Source: Prorocentrum cordatum
Lineage: Eukaryota
Direction: 5' to 3'
NCBI GenBank assembly: GCA_963575745.1
Contig: CAUYUJ010000289.1
Location: 1 to 64,000 of the forward strand
Length of the DNA stretch: 64,000 nt
The translations under genes were made by a program, and so were the position numbers. Positions 35,841 through 48,212 of the stretch are shown in pieces; the stretch's first letter is position 1; every line of letters begins with the position of its first letter. The notes beneath the pieces were generated by a model. It was not told where the DNA came from. It ran no database searches and saw only the letters and a list, made by a program, of their open reading frames with translations.

Positions 35841-38800
35841 ACCAAGCGAACACACGTTTCCCGTGAATCCTGCGTGTAGAAAGCCAGTACGCGGAGGCGG
35901 ACCAGCCATTTCCCGGACGCCACCAGGGGAGAGAGGAGAGTAGTAATCATGTTGCTTAATTGTGGAGAGGAGGAGGGGCGAAGGGGGGCAGGAGAGGGGG
36001 GAGGAGGTGAGGGGTGAGGAGGGCAGGGGTAAGAGAGGAGGGCGGAGGGGTGAAGGAGAGGGTGGAGGAGGCTAGCTAGGTGCGCTCGCGTCACATCTGA
36101 CATTCTTCCCTTCCCACCCACACCTTCCCATTGCGCTGATTTGTCTCTATCCGCTGTTGCGTGTCAGAGCGGACCTGGAACTCACGGAGAGACCCCATCG
36201 TGTTACGTATTCGCAAACGGAAGGTGGGAGCTATGTATACATAGGAGGAGGGGGAGAGGGAGGAGGAGGTGGCGGATGAGCAGGAGGATGAGCAGGAGGG
36301 AAAGGAGGATGAGGAATGAGGAAGATGAGGACGAGCAGCACCAGCGGGAATTGGAGTGGAAGGAGCGGGAAGAGCAGGAGGACCAGGGGAAGGCGGAAGA
36401 GGGCAAAGGAGGTGGGCGACAACGATGAGGAAGGTCTTGGATCCAGAAAAGTGGCCCGCGCTGGGGCGAGAGTGCCACTGTGAACGACGTGAGCAAGGCG
36501 CTGGTCCTAAAATGAGGTCAGCGCTGCAGCGGCGGCGCCGTTTTGAGACACCGAAAACGCTCCGATTGAACAACATATAGTGGAAGGACCAAGCAGTGAG
36601 TTCCTGTGTGCAACCGTAGCACCCAATTTTCGATCTCCCTGTTATGGAAAAGAAAGCGGAGTGGGGCGGGCGACTCCCTGGCCATCCTCGGGGGAGAGAG
36701 GAGAGTATCACTCACATAGAGCGGTTATGGAAGGAGTGAGGGGGAACAACGTGATGGAGGGTGGTCGGATTGAATGACGGAGGGAGGGAGGGAGGAGGGG
36801 GGGATGGATGAGGCGAGGGAGGGGAGGGGGGAAGGAGGCAGTGGGAGGGAGCAGGGCCGCCTATCGTGTCAGGACAGCCCGCGATGGAGGGGACAGCGGC
36901 CGTCAGGAGTGGGAAGGGCCGGCAGAGAGTCGGCATCTAAATTGCCGAGGGCTCCACCTTGCCCCCCAGCCCCCGCCATCAGAACAGCGTGCGCTAAGCA
37001 CCGCTGCAGACCAGCAGTCAGATCTTTAGGGGCTTGCCGAGGTTCCCCTGGGGCTTGCCGCGTCTTGTCACGTGACTCTTTTAGGCCCTAGAGGGGGCCA
37101 GACAGGCCAGCAGAGCCCCAAGACGCCCTCAAGACGGTTCAAGATGGCCTCAAGTCCCCAAACGATCGCTCAAAGACGCCGACGATGACCCCAAGACGGC
37201 CCCAGAGGCCGCCAAAACGGTCCTAGATGCCTCCAAGAGGCCTCCCAAGAGAGCCCCGACGGGTCCAAATCATTGATTTTGCGTCAGGTTTGGCCCCGGG
37301 TCCCTAAGAGGCTCTTCAGGAGTGAGGACTGAGGCTCAGGGGATTGGGCAAAGGACCCGAGGATACGCCCACTCCGTGCCCAGAGGCACGGTGGCGGATT
37401 ATTGGACACCTTTAAGGCGCCCTGGCGTTCTCGCCTCGGCGTTCTCGCCTCGTCGCCCTCGCGCAGCCGCCCTCCCTGTTCAGACCCAGTGGTGATTAAG
37501 CGCCCTCCTCCTCCTCCTCCTCCTCCTCCTCCTCCTCCTCCTCCTCCTCCTCCTCCCTCCCCTCCTCCTGCCCTCCTCCTCCTCCTCCTCCACCTCCCCT
37601 CCTCCTCCTCCTCCTCCTCCTCCTCCTCCTCCTCCTCCTCCTCCTCCCCCCTCGTCTTCCCTCCTCCTTCCTCCTCTGGCTCCCTCCTCTTCACCCCCCT
37701 CTTCCCGGGGCCCGGAAGCTCCGAGCCAGGCCTTTGCCCCCAGATGCCCCGAGGCCTCCCTCAGGAGGCCCGGAAGCCCTCCAGCTCAGCTTTGGAGCGT
37801 CTCCCAGCGGCCCTCCTCCCCTCCTCCTCTCCTCCCCTCCTCCCCTCCTCCCTCGGGTGCAAGGGGCGCTGAAGCTCCTCTGAGAGGCTCGGGGAGAGCC
37901 AGAGGCTGTCCAAATGGGGGCTCCGAGGGCTCCCCCACGTATTGTGCGGCCTCTCCCAGAGCTTGGAGGCCACTCGGGCATGGTGATGCCCGGAAGCAAG
38001 GCGTGTCCTGGGCTGGGCGACTGCGAAGGCGATGTGCCATCCGGGCTGGGGATCTTGAAGTGCCTCCAGGGAGGTGTTGTCAAGACATCCTCGGGCGGGA
38101 GATCTGGGTAAGGGAATATCGGACTTCCTCTGTGCAAGAAGCAGTTTTGGGGAAGCTATCATATTCTATATATGGTCTACATCGAATAATCGAGCATTCG
38201 GGTCACATGATTGTTGTCGTTGTTTTTGAACTTCTATCTTTACATGATTATTATTGTTGATCCCCCGTGCCCAGTGCCCATGGCGTTTTTCAATTCGAAT
38301 GCTCCTCTCTGGGCTTGCACCCTGTTTTTTTATGAGGGGAGGTCTTGCGCCTTATATTGTGTTGCTGGCTCCTAGTTTACCGCAGCAGCGATTTCCGCTT
38401 GATACTTCTTCACGATGTAATCAAGATAGCGCTTCTCGCGCAGGACTTCCTCACTTTACCCAGGAATCGTGTTCTCGCGCAGTGTCTTCATCGCTATGGA
38501 TTGAAACGCCGCGCCCCCAACACGCAGGAATGAGACTCCCTTGCGACTCACGTTGGATTGACGCTTCAGTGACCCGCCCGGTCGACCGCGCCGTCGGGGC
38601 CCGCCCGCCCGACCCGCCCGTTAGGGTCCGCCCGCCCGACCCGCCCGTGTGGTTCTGCAGCTTGTGCTCCTGCTCCTGACCCCATCCTGCATACGGTAGG
38701 TTTGCGTCGTGTCGACCAGCGGCGACCCCAGCGCGGGCGTTCAAGGTTGAACGCCGCCGGCGACCCAGAATCGATCGATGTTGAACGATTGGACGTTGCG

Positions 38801-40349
38801 GCAGCGGCCGATCGTTCAAGGTTGAACGATCCCTGCGGTGTCAAAAACCAACGCTGGGGTCGGCACGACACGAACCTGCCGTACTCATCTCTGTCGTGCT
38901 CCGTCCTTCTCCCCCCTTGTCCCAGCCCCGTCAACTACACGTGGCAGGGAAGGAAGATGGACCCTCAACGGGGTTACGATCAAAAGCGAAGAGGGCGAGT
39001 ATCGAGAGTTTGGGGTCTGCATGTTGAGTGACACGCGAGCGCATTGACTGTTTTGAACTGATGGAGTTTTCATGTTTAAAGAACGATTATTGTATCCCTC
39101 TGGTGCCCACTGTGATTTTCAATTGACATGTTCCTCACCAGGCTCGCACCGTGTTTTTCACAAGGGAAAGTCATGCGCCTCAGCTTGGCTTGCTGGACCC
39201 CGAACTACCACAACAACGGTTCCCGCCGGATATTTCCCCACAGTGTATTCAAAATCGCGATCTCGCAATGGACTTTCTCACAAATTATCCAGGAGTCGCG
39301 CCTCCGCGTGGTAGTTCCTCGCAATTTATTCAGACGCCGCGCCCTCGACACTCAGGAACTACGCTCTCGCTTTGGCCTTGCTCACGATTTACTCGGGGAC
39401 AGCGCTATTGTTAAAGACTTCCTCGCGATGCACTCAGGACTCACGCTTCTGCAACCTGCCTCCTCGACCTGGCCCCCTGGGCCCGCCTTCCTGACCCGCC
39501 CGTCAGGGTCTACCCGCCCGATTTGCCCGTTTGGTAATGCCACGTTTTTTCTGCTCCTACCGCCCCTCCTGCTAATCTTCCTCGTGCTCCATCCTTCTCC
39601 CTCCTCTGGTCCCTTCCTTCCATCCGTCCTCTCTTCCCGTGTTTCAGGGGCTGCGCCAAATTCATGTGGCAGGTGAGGAAGATATACCCCCAAGGGGGTA
39701 CGATCGAAGACGAAGAAGGCGGGTATCGAGGCTCTGGGATATACGTATTGAGTGGCTCGTGGGCAGATAAGAGCGAACAGTCTTAAAATTAATGTTGTTG
39801 TCGTCATCCTCGCCCGCGACCCGCCCGCGACCCACCCCGCGACCCACCTCAAGCCCCACCCCGCGACCAACCCGCGACCTGCCCACATTGCTTTTACGAA
39901 AATTCGGCGCCTGCGGCGGGCTTCTCCAAAGCCTCGCAGACTGCCGACGAACCCGCCGCCCCCATGACTCTGATCCGAATCTGCGGAGTGCTACGTAAAC
40001 ATAGGCTTTCAGAGATCCGCCCTGACTTTGGGATCGGCGCTGGACTCCCCTCCCTGGCGTGCGGAGCGCGCCAGGGGCGGCGCCGCAGGCGCCGCCAGGG
40101 GGCTCAGCGCCGATCGGAGAAATCCGCGCGGGCCTTCTAACGTTTGTGTTCGTGACGCGACCTGTCCCCCGACCAGCGGGGGAACGCATCGGCCCCCAGT
40201 CTGCCACCCCGCCCAGGAGCGCGCGGTTTCGCGGCCGGAGGCCCGCCGTCGAGCCGTCGGCGATGCGTCGCCGTTCCCAGGTCGATGTCCCCGCCCCCCT
40301 GGGCAAGCCCCCCCCCCCCTTCCCCCTCGAGGGGGGACCCCCCACGCAG

Positions 40350-40421
40350 GCTCACGGCGGAGACTCCGAGCGAGTACTACAGGATCAAGCGCGTCGACTT
40401 CGCGATGGCCGTCGACACCGG
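40350..40421 (+). CDS. Host gene exon E (LTAETPSEYYRIKRVDFAMAVDTG; end of a second CNBD-like repeat)
   Basis: cgcag|G acceptor, coding-like codon usage and an xxAxTxxxxxxIxRxDF pattern. The 3' boundary is uncertain. Intervening exons were not found and may lie in the N gap. Confidence 0.6.
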
Positions 40422-41160
40422 GCTGACGGAGCCGCCCGGGGGGGGGCCGCGAGGGCCGGAGGAGGAACGGCTGCGTGAGCACAACTCAGGAGGGGAAGAA
40501 ACACGCAGACACAATCAGTCATCGATTCCCAGGAAGATATGGGAAAATCTGCGACGTGGTGGGGGAGGCGAAGGCCCAGAGCATGTGGGGAAATGTGGGG
40601 AGTCCGGGGCTTTGCGTATATTTTTGTGTGTGTCCCTGGGCCCCTTCGATAATACTCTGAGAGGTCCGCGCGGGCTTCTCGGGTCGACGTTGGACCCCCC
40701 TGGCGCCAGGCGCATCTGGCGCCTCCCTCGAAGCGCTCCGTGTGCCAGGGAAGGGGGTCCAGCGCCAGTCCAAAATTTCTGAGAAGAGGAAACCCGCCCT
40801 CTTAGAAGGCCATCCTCCTCGAGCCCTCGTGCATGCCGCCAAGTGGTGATGCCAGAGAGACTCTCTGCTCCTGCCGAGGCCAGGGCAACGGTGTGGGCAG
40901 TTGACGGCGTGGTCTTGGCTACAGTCCGTCTCTGATGCGGGGCACAGGCTGCCAACAGAGAGGCCTCCCTAGAACGCGGTCAGATCCACAGCGCAACCTC
41001 GCCCATGGTGTCGTGCCGCTTCCCGCCGTTGCGGGCTGCACCGCTCGCTTGCTTCCCATGGGCTGTTTCGATTTGCTCGATCGATCCGATTCGATGCCGA
41101 GCGCACCCGGCCCGATCTGGGCGATGCCATGCGGCCCAATACTGGCGCGGCGTACTTGCG

Positions 41161-41372
41161 TACTCCAGATTTCGTAATAAAGGGAGGGGGGTCTCATTTC
41201 GGGGGGGGTCTCTTCCAGGCTATCTTGGAGGGCCTGGGGGGGGTCTGGGGACGATGTCGTGGAGGGTTCTCCCACAGGGGGGGGTCTAAAAAATTTCTCC
41301 ACGGGAGTGTCTAAAAAACTTATCGTCTGGGAGGGTTGAGACCCCCTCCCTTTTATTACGAAATCTGGAGCA
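41161..41372. mobile_element. MITE with about 33-bp TIRs
   Basis: ctccagatttcgtaataaagggaggggggtctc vs gagaccccctcccttttattacgaaatctggag. Confidence 0.7.
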
Positions 41373-41481
41373 TCCAGGCGCAGCCGATTCGATGCTCGTC
41401 CCGATCCGACCCGACTTTTCGCGCTTCGAGCTTGGCCGATCCTGCCTCTGTGTGGGAGGCGGGGAGTGCGAGGCGGGGACT

Positions 41482-41652
41482 TTCGGGGGTGGACAGAACC
41501 CCCAACAGTGACACGTCGATTGGTGAATTGTCCGTTTTCGGCTCGAGAGGGCGCCGTGGCCGTTATTTTCCAGGCTCGCGCCCGCCAGGTTTGGGCCTCG
41601 GGTCGTTTTCACTGAACCACGTTTTACTAAAGGGGGGTCTGTCCATCCCCGA
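41482..41652. mobile_element. MITE family D (second copy at about 45750-45921)
   Basis: TIR tcgggg.tggacagaaccccc / ggggg(t)tctgtccatccccga with colinear interiors. Confidence 0.78.
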
Positions 41653-42393
41653 GATTTATCCGTATCCACCGCCTGGAGAAACGGTGCTCTGGGACCCCAG
41701 GGGGCCGTGGATGTGGGTATGATTTGGCCCCAGGGGACCCGAATCGGTCGTCATCAGCCGCCAGCCGAGGCCCCCACAGATCGATCCCTCACCGAAGATG
41801 GACAGAAGCTGCACAATCATGAACTCTGGAGGTCCGCGCGGATCTCTTGGATCGGCGCCGGGCAGCCGTGGCGGAGCTTCTCCGGCGCCGCCCCCTGGCG
41901 TGCTCCGCACCATGGGGGGTGGTCGGGCGCCGACCCGAGCTATCCGCACGGATCCCCGAGCATTTATGTCCATGTGTATGGTTCTGCATTTTTCGGCACC
42001 GCCTGCACCCTGGGCCCCGCCCACTCCGGCCGCCTGAGGCCCCGCCTGCCTGCGCCCCGTCTCCCCAATGAGAGCTGTGCGTAGCCCGCCTAGCTTTTAG
42101 CGGAAGAGGTTCGCTCTCGCCCCGCCGACCAACAAAAAGTGTACGGTTCTGCATTTTTCTGTGGGATCCTCTACCCCAGGCGGTGGCTACCGAGCCTCGT
42201 ACAGTGGAGACCCATGCCAAGAAGCAACCTGCTTGCCTCCAGGGTGCTCTGGGTTTCTTGGGTTTCGATGGCTTGGCGATGGAGAGCGCGACGCCCCCAC
42301 ACCGAACACCAATGGACGTCCTGGTGTCTCAGGGTTGGGTTTCTCGTGGACGGTTTCTTGTGGGCTGGCCTCCACTGTACCCTCTTGGCCCAG

Positions 42394-42492
42394 CGGAGGA
42401 GCAGTGGCTGTGGCGCTTCCGGCTCCAGGAGCGCGGCGCGGCGGAGCGCCTGCGCGCGCGGCTGCAGAACGCCCGCGGGCGCGCCGAAGCAG
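42394..42492 (+). CDS. Host gene exon F (AEEQWLWRFRLQERGAAERLRARLQNARGRAEA)
   Basis: Coding-like GC3-rich stretch ending CAG|GT in phase 1, which matches exon G. The 5' boundary is ambiguous (42388-42399). Confidence 0.55.
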
Positions 42493-42554
42493 GTCCTCTC
42501 TCCCGCCCTGGGGGCGCCAGGTTTTTTTTTTTCGAGGGGGCCCAGAGCGATTTT

Positions 42555-42950
42555 CGGGGGTGGCCAAGAGGGGGTGATGACTAGGGGGGGGTGGATACCA
42601 TTCGGCTGAGAGCGGGGGGGGGGAAGTGAGAAGGAGGGGGCCCTCACAGAAGGTTCGGAAGTCCCCCGGCCTTCTGAAAGGTTTTCTAAGCCTTCCCCGA
42701 AGGCAGGACAAACTTCTCAGAAGGCGCGAGGGCTTCTGAGAAATCCCGCCGCCTTCTGAGAAGGCCTTTTCCCCTTCTCATTTCCCCTCCTCGCTCGCCG
42801 CCGAATCATGGCGGGCCCATGATAGCTTCCCAGGTTTCATGGCGCTCCTTCTTGTTTCAATACGTCCCCGGCCCCCCCTGGGCCTCGCACGTGCCGCCGG
42901 CCATGATTTGCGCCCCTCCCTCTTGGACCCCCCTCTTTTGGCCGCCCCCC
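42555..42950. mobile_element. MITE family A copy with an extra internal segment
   Basis: Same ends (cgggggtggccaagaggggg ... ctcttttggccgcccccc) and the same gccgccggccatga interior as 6607-6792. Carries an extra cttctgagaagg-rich segment at about 42643-42770. Confidence 0.75.
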
Positions 42951-43399
42951 AGAACGATGTGGTGACCACACCGTGTGGTGAGTCCGTTGGGTTCGAGGTC
43001 ACCGCGCGGTTTTGGGACTCGTGGCGTTCTCCGTGGATGTCTCGGGCGACGGAGGCTTCCAGGGTCCCAAGTCCGTGCGGCGACTTGTAATTGCGGGGCC
43101 TTAGACAGCGCCAGCCATATTGAGTCAATCTCGAATCGAAGAAAAATAACAGATTTTCCTCGTAAACCGAACAATGGTGCGTGTTGTTGAGCGTATACGT
43201 ATTCTGTAAGCATATATATTAAGTCAAAACCATAGAGCACGTGTAATCAATATAACAGCAGTCGGTATGGAACTATATGTCTGCATTGCAGTGATCAGCT
43301 CTGTTGTTTTCTCATGCTTCTGCTTGAGCAGGTGTGATCGAATGCGCGGGGTCGCTATCCCGAGGGGGGCGATCTGCTCGGCGCGAGGCCTCTTGGTAG

Positions 43400-44330
43400 T
43401 TTTTGGCTCGGGCCTTGCGGAGCTCCCTGGGAGCGTGTTGGGGGCCTCTTGGGGCAGCCGGGGGGCGGTTTTGGGGGTCGAAGCCTCGATATGTTCGTTC
43501 GGGCTCCCCTCCTGGGCCCCCTCTGGGGGCTGTCCTGGAACCCCCTCGTGCCGTCCCGCGGGCTCCTTCAGCGGCCTCGGGGCCTCCTTGGGCCGTCCGG
43601 GAGCCCTCTTGGGTGCCTCTTGGGCCGCCTCTGGGCGGTCCAGGAGGCTTCTTGGGCTGCCTTGAACGCTGCGATTGCAGAAGAGGCGAATGTGTAGAAA
43701 ATGCTGCTTCCTGCTTCCTCACTGGGAATGGGGCGCTGTTTGCTCTTTACGGCCGTCTCTGGACGCCTCTTGAGGGCTTCTTGGGGCGTCTTTGGGGTCT
43801 TTCGGGCCGTCAGGAGGCCAGCGCGGGCGTTTTCGATCGATCTTTCGGCGGCTCGTGGCCCACGTGGACCGACCGTCCAGAGGGCCTCTCGGTGCCCTCT
43901 TGGCCTTTTTTTGAGCGGTCTTGGGGCCCTCTTTGGGTCGTCTGAGAGCCCTCTTGGGGGTCTCTTGGGCCGTCTTGGGGCGACCCAGGAGGTTTCTTGG
44001 GCTGTATTGGACATTGTGATTGCAGACGAGGCGAATGCGCAAAAAATGACGGTTGTCCTATAGACCTGGGCAGGGTTTTGCTTTTTTGAGGCCGTTTTGG
44101 GGCGCCTCTTGGGGGCTCCTTGGGGCGTCTTCAGGGTCTTTCCGGCCATCTGGAGGCCAGCGTGGGCGTTTTCGATCGATCTTTCGGCGGCTCGTGGGCC
44201 TTGTGGACCGTCCAGAGGGCCTCTCGGTGCCCTCTTGGCTTTTCTTTGAGCGGTCTTGGGGCCCTCGTTGGGTCGTCTGAGAGCCCTCTTGAGGGCCTCG
44301 TGGGCCGTCTTGGGGCGATCCAGGAGGCGT
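43400..44330. repeat. Degenerate tandem and dispersed repeat rich in tcttggg (related segment at about 47370-47620)
   Basis: gcgttttcgatcgatctttcggcggc recurs at about 43830, 44170 and 47530. Confidence 0.75.
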
Positions 44331-44339
44331 CCATTCAGG

Positions 44340-47290
44340 AGCAACGCCGAGCAGGAGGCCTCTATTCAACAGGTCGCCAAATTGGAGAAGCTACGCTCGA
44401 CTATCGCAGCCACCATCGCCTGACTCCGAGCCTGCGTCGCCGGGAACCTTCAGCGAGATCGCGAGGGCTTCATGTGGAGGCTCGCTCAGGAGGCCAACCG
44501 GGCCGCGAGGACATGTCACGTGAAGCCACTCCCGTCGTGCGACGCTTCCAAGACATGAAGAAGGTGGCGGCTAACAGCGTGAGGCTCTCCAATGGCGAAA
44601 TGGCGAGATGGCGTCTTCGGGAGCAGAGTGCGACACCAGATGGCAGGAACATTTCGCTGCGGTCAGGGGCGGAAAGGTGTGTCCTGACCCAGCTCCCCGC
44701 GAGTGCCTGCTGTCGGCGCCCGTCGGATTCCGCGCAACACCGAGCCCCACGCTCGCCGCAAATCTGGCCCTCCCCTCTTTCAAAGGGGTCGGTCCCGGCA
44801 GCATCCCCGCCGAGCTCCTGACGGCCAGCGAGGGCCCGTTGGCCATCGCCCAGGAGACACTGCAGAATCGGATCGGTGAGAGAGGCGAATGGCCCTGGCA
44901 GTGGCAGGGTGGCCGCTGCGTCCCGATCCATGAATGTAAGGGTCCACGGGGCGATCGCGACGAGAACCGTGGTCTAGCCCTCGCCGGCCACATGTCCAAC
45001 TCCTTCGTCGGTCAGATCAAGGACAGGGTTGACGAGCACTATAATGCTGGTATTTCACACCACCAGTACGGTTCTGTGCCGCGCCGTGGCGCGGACATGG
45101 CTACCCTCGTTATCCGTTCATTGATCGACCGTGCTCATGCCATGAAGTACTGGATTTACATGTTGTTCGCCGGTTTGTCGAAGGGTTTCGACAAGATATG
45201 TCGTGAGCTGGTTTTGGGATGGCCTCGCCGTGTCCGTGCTGATCGCCGGGCACGCGCCATGGACATCCCTGAGGATGCTGCCGGCCACATATACGAGTAC
45301 ATCGAGAAGCATGGACCTATCCTTCAGCAGTGGGGCGTTGACGATGCCACGGTCGCCACGCTGTCAACTCTCCATGACGGCTCCTGGTTCTCGATTGGAG
45401 AGCTCGGGTCCATTGTGCAATGCGGGCTTGGCGGCCTACAGGGTCGGGCGACGAAATCTATGCATATCCACTGCTCCCTGACCATGCCCATCTTGAACCC
45501 AGGAGCTGTGTATGCGCCCTCCTGGCCAAGCCAGGAGGGCGTGGCGTATACACCGCTGCGGGGTTGAGGATGGGCCTGGCCAGGGAGCAGTGGATATGCA
45601 TAGATTTCGTCGCCCTACAGGGCTGCAAGGTAGGGGCAACGATTTTTTACGCTACGCATGATCTGCCTTTATTGTTTGTTCACCAGTGGCTTGATCGCGT
45701 CGGCCCCTAGGCCCCGATCGATCTGGACGATTCCGCCCAAGTCCGTGTATCGGGGCTGGACAGAACCCCCAATAGTGACACGTCGATTAGTGAATTGTCC
45801 GTTTTCGGTTCTCGAGAGGGCGCCGTGGCCGTCAGTTTCCAGGCTTTCGCCCGCCAGATTTGGGCCCGAGGTCGTTTTCACTAAACCACGTTTTGCTAAA
45901 GGGGGTTCTGTCCATCCCCGAGTGTACTGATCAAGTAAAGATGATTTCTAGGCCGGGAGGCCGTTCGTGGAAGGGGCGGGGAGGTAACGGCCGTCGGGGT
46001 GGGAGCGCGAAGCAATGGCCCCGCCCCGCGCCCCGTAAAGTGCACCATTCTTTCCGTCTCTCCGGGTTTCCAATCAATATTGATTCCGAAACCGGAAAAT
46101 ATTGTGCGCAACTGCAATTGTCCATCGCACTACGCAGTCGCGTAGCAGTAGGAGCCATGGTGACAATGCAGTCGTCAAAAAACGCAACGTCAGTTACTGT
46201 CTGGGGACGCTGCCCTGGAGGCGCCTGCTTGCCCCGCATCCTCCTCCGAGCTTCCTTTGAGAAGAAAACGCATTCGATGAATTACGCACTCGAAGTACAA
46301 CCCCGGCTTGAAGGCCCAGCAGGCCTTTCATGCGTACCGAGTCTTTGGGAGCTCTGTCGTGTGCGAGTGGCTGAAGTTCTCATTGTTGCAGTCGTTGGTT
46401 CTTAGCCGCCTCCTGCACTCAGCTCACATTGTAGTGCCGACCAGAGGGTATATACGCACGCTCCACAGCCCCTACCTGCGGGTGCTGAGGAAAATGTGCG
46501 ACGACAGTCGATATAGGAAACCCGAGTTTTCTGACCTAGATGTCCGACGTGGCAAGCAGCAGCCGTCGATCGACTGCATTTTGCGGCCCGCTAGGCTCAG
46601 GTGCGGCGCCTGGCTTGTCAGAAACAGGCCTGCCGCTCTCCTCGCCGTTCTGGGCGACAGACCCCAGGCCAAGTCGAGTGCCTGGGAGGGGCGTGACCAA
46701 GTCAAGCCCTTGCCGTGGGTCGTTTTTTTCATCCGCGATCTCGTTTGGCTTAGGGAGCATCCGCGGGTGCCCGCTTTCTGGGACCTACCTGATCCAGCTG
46801 TCTGCACCGAGCCTCGGTGCGAGCAAAGAGCTTGTGCTGAGCGGGATGATCGTGTCTCGCGAATCTTTTTTTCGTCGGCTCTATAGCCGATTTCCCTTCG
46901 AAGTGTGGCGCCGCGCCGCTCCAACCTTTCGAGCGCGAGGTGTGCCAAGTTTCATTTGCAACGTATTGTGCGCTCGCATCGCACCAGACGTCAGAACACA
47001 AGAAGCGCAAGGCATTTAAGAAGTACGTGGGGGATGCGTCCACTTACCCGGTCTGCCAGCATGTGTATTCTAGTCGTCTACACCTCTTCAAGCATTTTGC
47101 TAGGAGTGGGTGTGGACTTCAGCTTGTTGGTGGCAGCTGCAGAAAGTCGCCACTGGAGGAACGGCTGCGAGCAGAAACCCGTGACCGTGTCCTCTTTGTC
47201 CATGCCCAGTCTTTGGGCCGAAGTTGGCTTTAGAAAGGCGACCGCCTACCGAGTTTGTACTAATTCGTGTCTCGTTTGCTTCATCTATTT
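44340..47290 (+). mobile_element. Decayed RTE-like LINE ORF2 fragments interrupted by MITEs
   Basis: RT: KG...NRGLAL, QYG, LSKGFDKICRE, GGLQG|CKVG. Post-RT: LLQSLVLSRLL, YLRVLRKM, SDLDV. C2H2-like: CQVSF...H...H and PVCQ..SRL..KH. The YADD segment was not found. Confidence 0.85.
45446..45615. mobile_element. MITE family E inserted in the RT coding sequence (relative at about 22190-22350)
   Basis: About 35-bp perfect TIR gggcgacgaaatctatgcatatccactgctccctg; TACAGGG duplicated on both sides. Confidence 0.85.
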
Positions 47291-48174
47291 TACTTGCGCC
47301 TTTCATGCTTTGGGAAAGAACATGGCGATCCAGGAGGGCGCCTTGCTCATGTCCTGGAACCTGCATTTCTGGCACATTCTCAGAAGAGGCGAATGTGCCA
47401 TGTGCCAGACACGCAGGTCTCCAGTTGGAAATGGGGCGATGTTTGTTCTTTACGGCCGTCCTGTCACGCCTTTTGATAGCTTCTTGGGGCGTCTTGGGGA
47501 ACTCCTGGGCCATCTGGAGGTCAGCGTGTGCGTTTTCGATCGATCTTCCGGCGGCCAGTGACCCTCTTGGACCGTCCAGATGGCCTTTTGGTGCCTTCTT
47601 GGCCTGTTTTGGGGCCCTCTGTCCCCCCGTGGTGCGTTCGAGCGGTCCCCGGGGACACCTCCCCTCCAAATCGACCGGACCGGGCTCCCAGGGGAGGGGT
47701 TTGGGGAGGAGGGAACATCTCACGCGCCGATGAACCCCAGGGGGTCGTCGGATTTGTTTAATGCTTGTCAAGGTCTTCAGATGCATGTTGGTAACTGACA
47801 GGTATTCTCTGATGCCTGCGAACTGCTTCCTGCGTTCTTGGTTGGATTTCGAGGGGGGCTGGGAGGGGGTGCGGAGGAGGGAGGAACCTGCGAGGGTACA
47901 TCTGATGACGAGGAGGGGGAACCGGACGAGCAGGAGGAGCAGCATATGGGAGCCTCTCCCTCCTCACCGTCCTCCTTCGCCTGCTTTCCTTCCTCCTCCG
48001 CGGGGCGGGGCTACAACGTACGCGTAGTTGAGTTTTGCGGCCCGCTTGTACGCGAACCTACTTCTCGTATAGCATCTGCCCTCTCCCCCAGCGTCCCTGC
48101 ACCCGCCTGCCTCCTCCATCCTTCCACCCCGCCCCCTTCAACCGCCGCGGCCGTTCTGTTCTGGCTGCTCCGAG

Positions 48175-48212
48175 GTTCCAGAGCGCCGCACCCGAAGAGC
48201 AAGGACCTCCAG
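48175..48212 (+). CDS. Host gene exon G (GSRAPHPKSKDLQ), GA donor
   Basis: cgag|GT acceptor in phase 1. Ends CAG|GA; GA donors are known in dinoflagellates. Joins exon H in phase 0. Confidence 0.5.
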
